A DNA stretch of 64,000 bases, taken from the NCBI RefSeq assembly GCF_035594765.1, contig NC_085842.1, forward strand, positions 276,009,749-276,073,748, given 5' to 3'. The position numbers and the translations under genes were made by a program. The stretch comes from Anolis carolinensis. Taxonomy: Eukaryota. The stretch's first letter is position 1, and the number at the start of each line of letters is the position of its first letter. The notes under the pieces are model-generated. The model made no database searches and was not told the origin of the DNA. It worked only from the letters and a program-made list of their open reading frames with translations. Positions 62,816-64,000 of the stretch are shown piece by piece.

Positions 62816-64000
62816 ATGGCCACCAGGAAACAGAAAAAGTTGGCAGAGGAGGCGGAAGAGCTTTCCTCCTCAGATTCAGAACAAGTAACCTTGTCTGAAA
62901 TGTCTCTCAAGTATCAATTAGAGATGAAGAAATTAGAGATTGAGGAGAGAGAGAGAGCCAGGCAAGCTGAATTGGAAATGAAAAAGATGGAGGAAAGAGA
63001 GAAGGAGAGAGCCAGACAGGCAGAATTAGAGTTGAAGAGAATGGAAATAGATTTGGAGAAGCAAAGATTGACACACTCTCAACCTCATGCTGATACCCAA
63101 GAAGGGGATTTGAGAGCTGAAGCACCTGATGTAATTTTAAAAAGGTTTCCCAGATATAACAAGGAAGATGATATAGAAAAGTTCCTTATATCCTTTGAAA
63201 GGTGCTGTAAAGATTTTGAAGTGAGTGAAGACAAATGGATGTTATATCTGAGGCCACAAATTAGTGGAAAGCTTCTAGAAATATATAGTGATATGGCTGA
63301 AGACACTCACAGAGATTATAAGATGTTTAAACTGCAGGTACAACAAAAGTTTCAGTTGACGCCTGAATTTTACAGATTAAAGTTCAGAACTTTAAAGAGG
63401 GACAGACACCAAAGTTTTGCGCAAGTTGCTTCAAAGCAAGCTCAATACTTTGACAGCTGGGTGAGGATCTGAAGTAGATTCCTTTCTGCAACTTAAGGAA
63501 CTATTGAAGCTGGAACAGCTCTTTCACCTAGTTCCCTCAGAATACAGATGGCTAATTCAAGACCAAAACCCAAAGACAGCCAACGAAGCTGCAGTTATGA
63601 TTGACCAGCTAATTACCTTGAAAGAAGGCTTTAGGAAGGAGGAAGAACCAAAAGAGAAAAAACCTCTAAAGCCGACGTTTTACCCTCACTCTCGCACACA
63701 GATGCAAAGGGGAGGTTCAGGAGAAAACACCGCCTATAGGAAGCATGAGGCAGTTGCAGGCCAAGCCAAGCCTGAGGAAAAGATAAAATGTTACCATTGT
63801 GGAAGGCCAGGGCATCTTAGATATCAATGTAACCTAATCAAGAAAGACAGGTCTACTTTCTTTGTAAATAGAGCTCCAATAGAACAAGAAGTGGAACCTG
63901 AAGTTAAGTCTAGAAGCCCTGATGCGAGGCCAAAAGAAAAACAATGTTTATTTATCCTTTCAAGAGAAATCTCTGAAGACTATTTAGAATCTATTGTCAT
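62816..64000 (+). pseudogene. Gypsy gag(-pol) with SCAN-like capsid domain; frameshift near 63465
   Basis: LTPEFYRLKFR...YFDSWV, then a shifted frame GSEVDSFLQLKELLKLEQLFHLVPSEYRWLIQDQNPKTANEAA; CYHCGRPGHLRYQC at 63789-63830; open to window end. Confidence 0.88.

Larger units (their letters stand above)
61882..64000 (+). mobile_element. Gypsy (Gmr1-like, SCAN-domain Gag) LTR retrotransposon, 5' part, truncated by window end
   Basis: LTR with terminal inverted repeats, tRNA-Leu PBS, Gag with SCAN-like motifs and CCHC knuckle. Confidence 0.9.

Noticed and set aside
62497-62910. 137-aa minus-strand ORF over the Gypsy leader
   Set aside because: Antisense to the LTR/gag and kept open by a 33-bp repeat; no recognisable motif.

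Overview
AT-rich, repeat-dense vertebrate genomic DNA. The repeat complement (Sauria SINE, 5S-derived SINE, BovB, Vingi, R4/Dong, Penelope, L2, CR1, hAT and Tc1-like MITEs, Helitrons) points to a squamate reptile, most likely an Anolis lizard; family names are from my recognition, not a database search. Seven short minus-strand exons (48403 down to 21988) splice with canonical GT-AG junctions and matching phases into a stop-free 281-aa piece of a coiled-coil-rich protein I cannot name. Neither end of that gene is securely identified. The main element is a young BEL/Pao LTR retrotransposon (8992-15435, minus; 707-bp LTRs with about 3 differences; AGACT target-site duplication). It keeps a 1276-aa Gag-protease ORF but has lost RT, most of RNase H and part of the integrase core through two in-frame deletions. 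It has no tRNA-type primer-binding site (PBS). Instead, the PBS position is complementary to a 14-nt segment of its own LTR lying 20 nt downstream of a CATAAA box, a geometry suggesting Tf1-like self-priming. At the right edge a SCAN-domain Gmr1-like Gypsy element begins, with three tandem tRNA-Leu PBS-like copies. Two solo LTRs and several nested TE stacks are also present.
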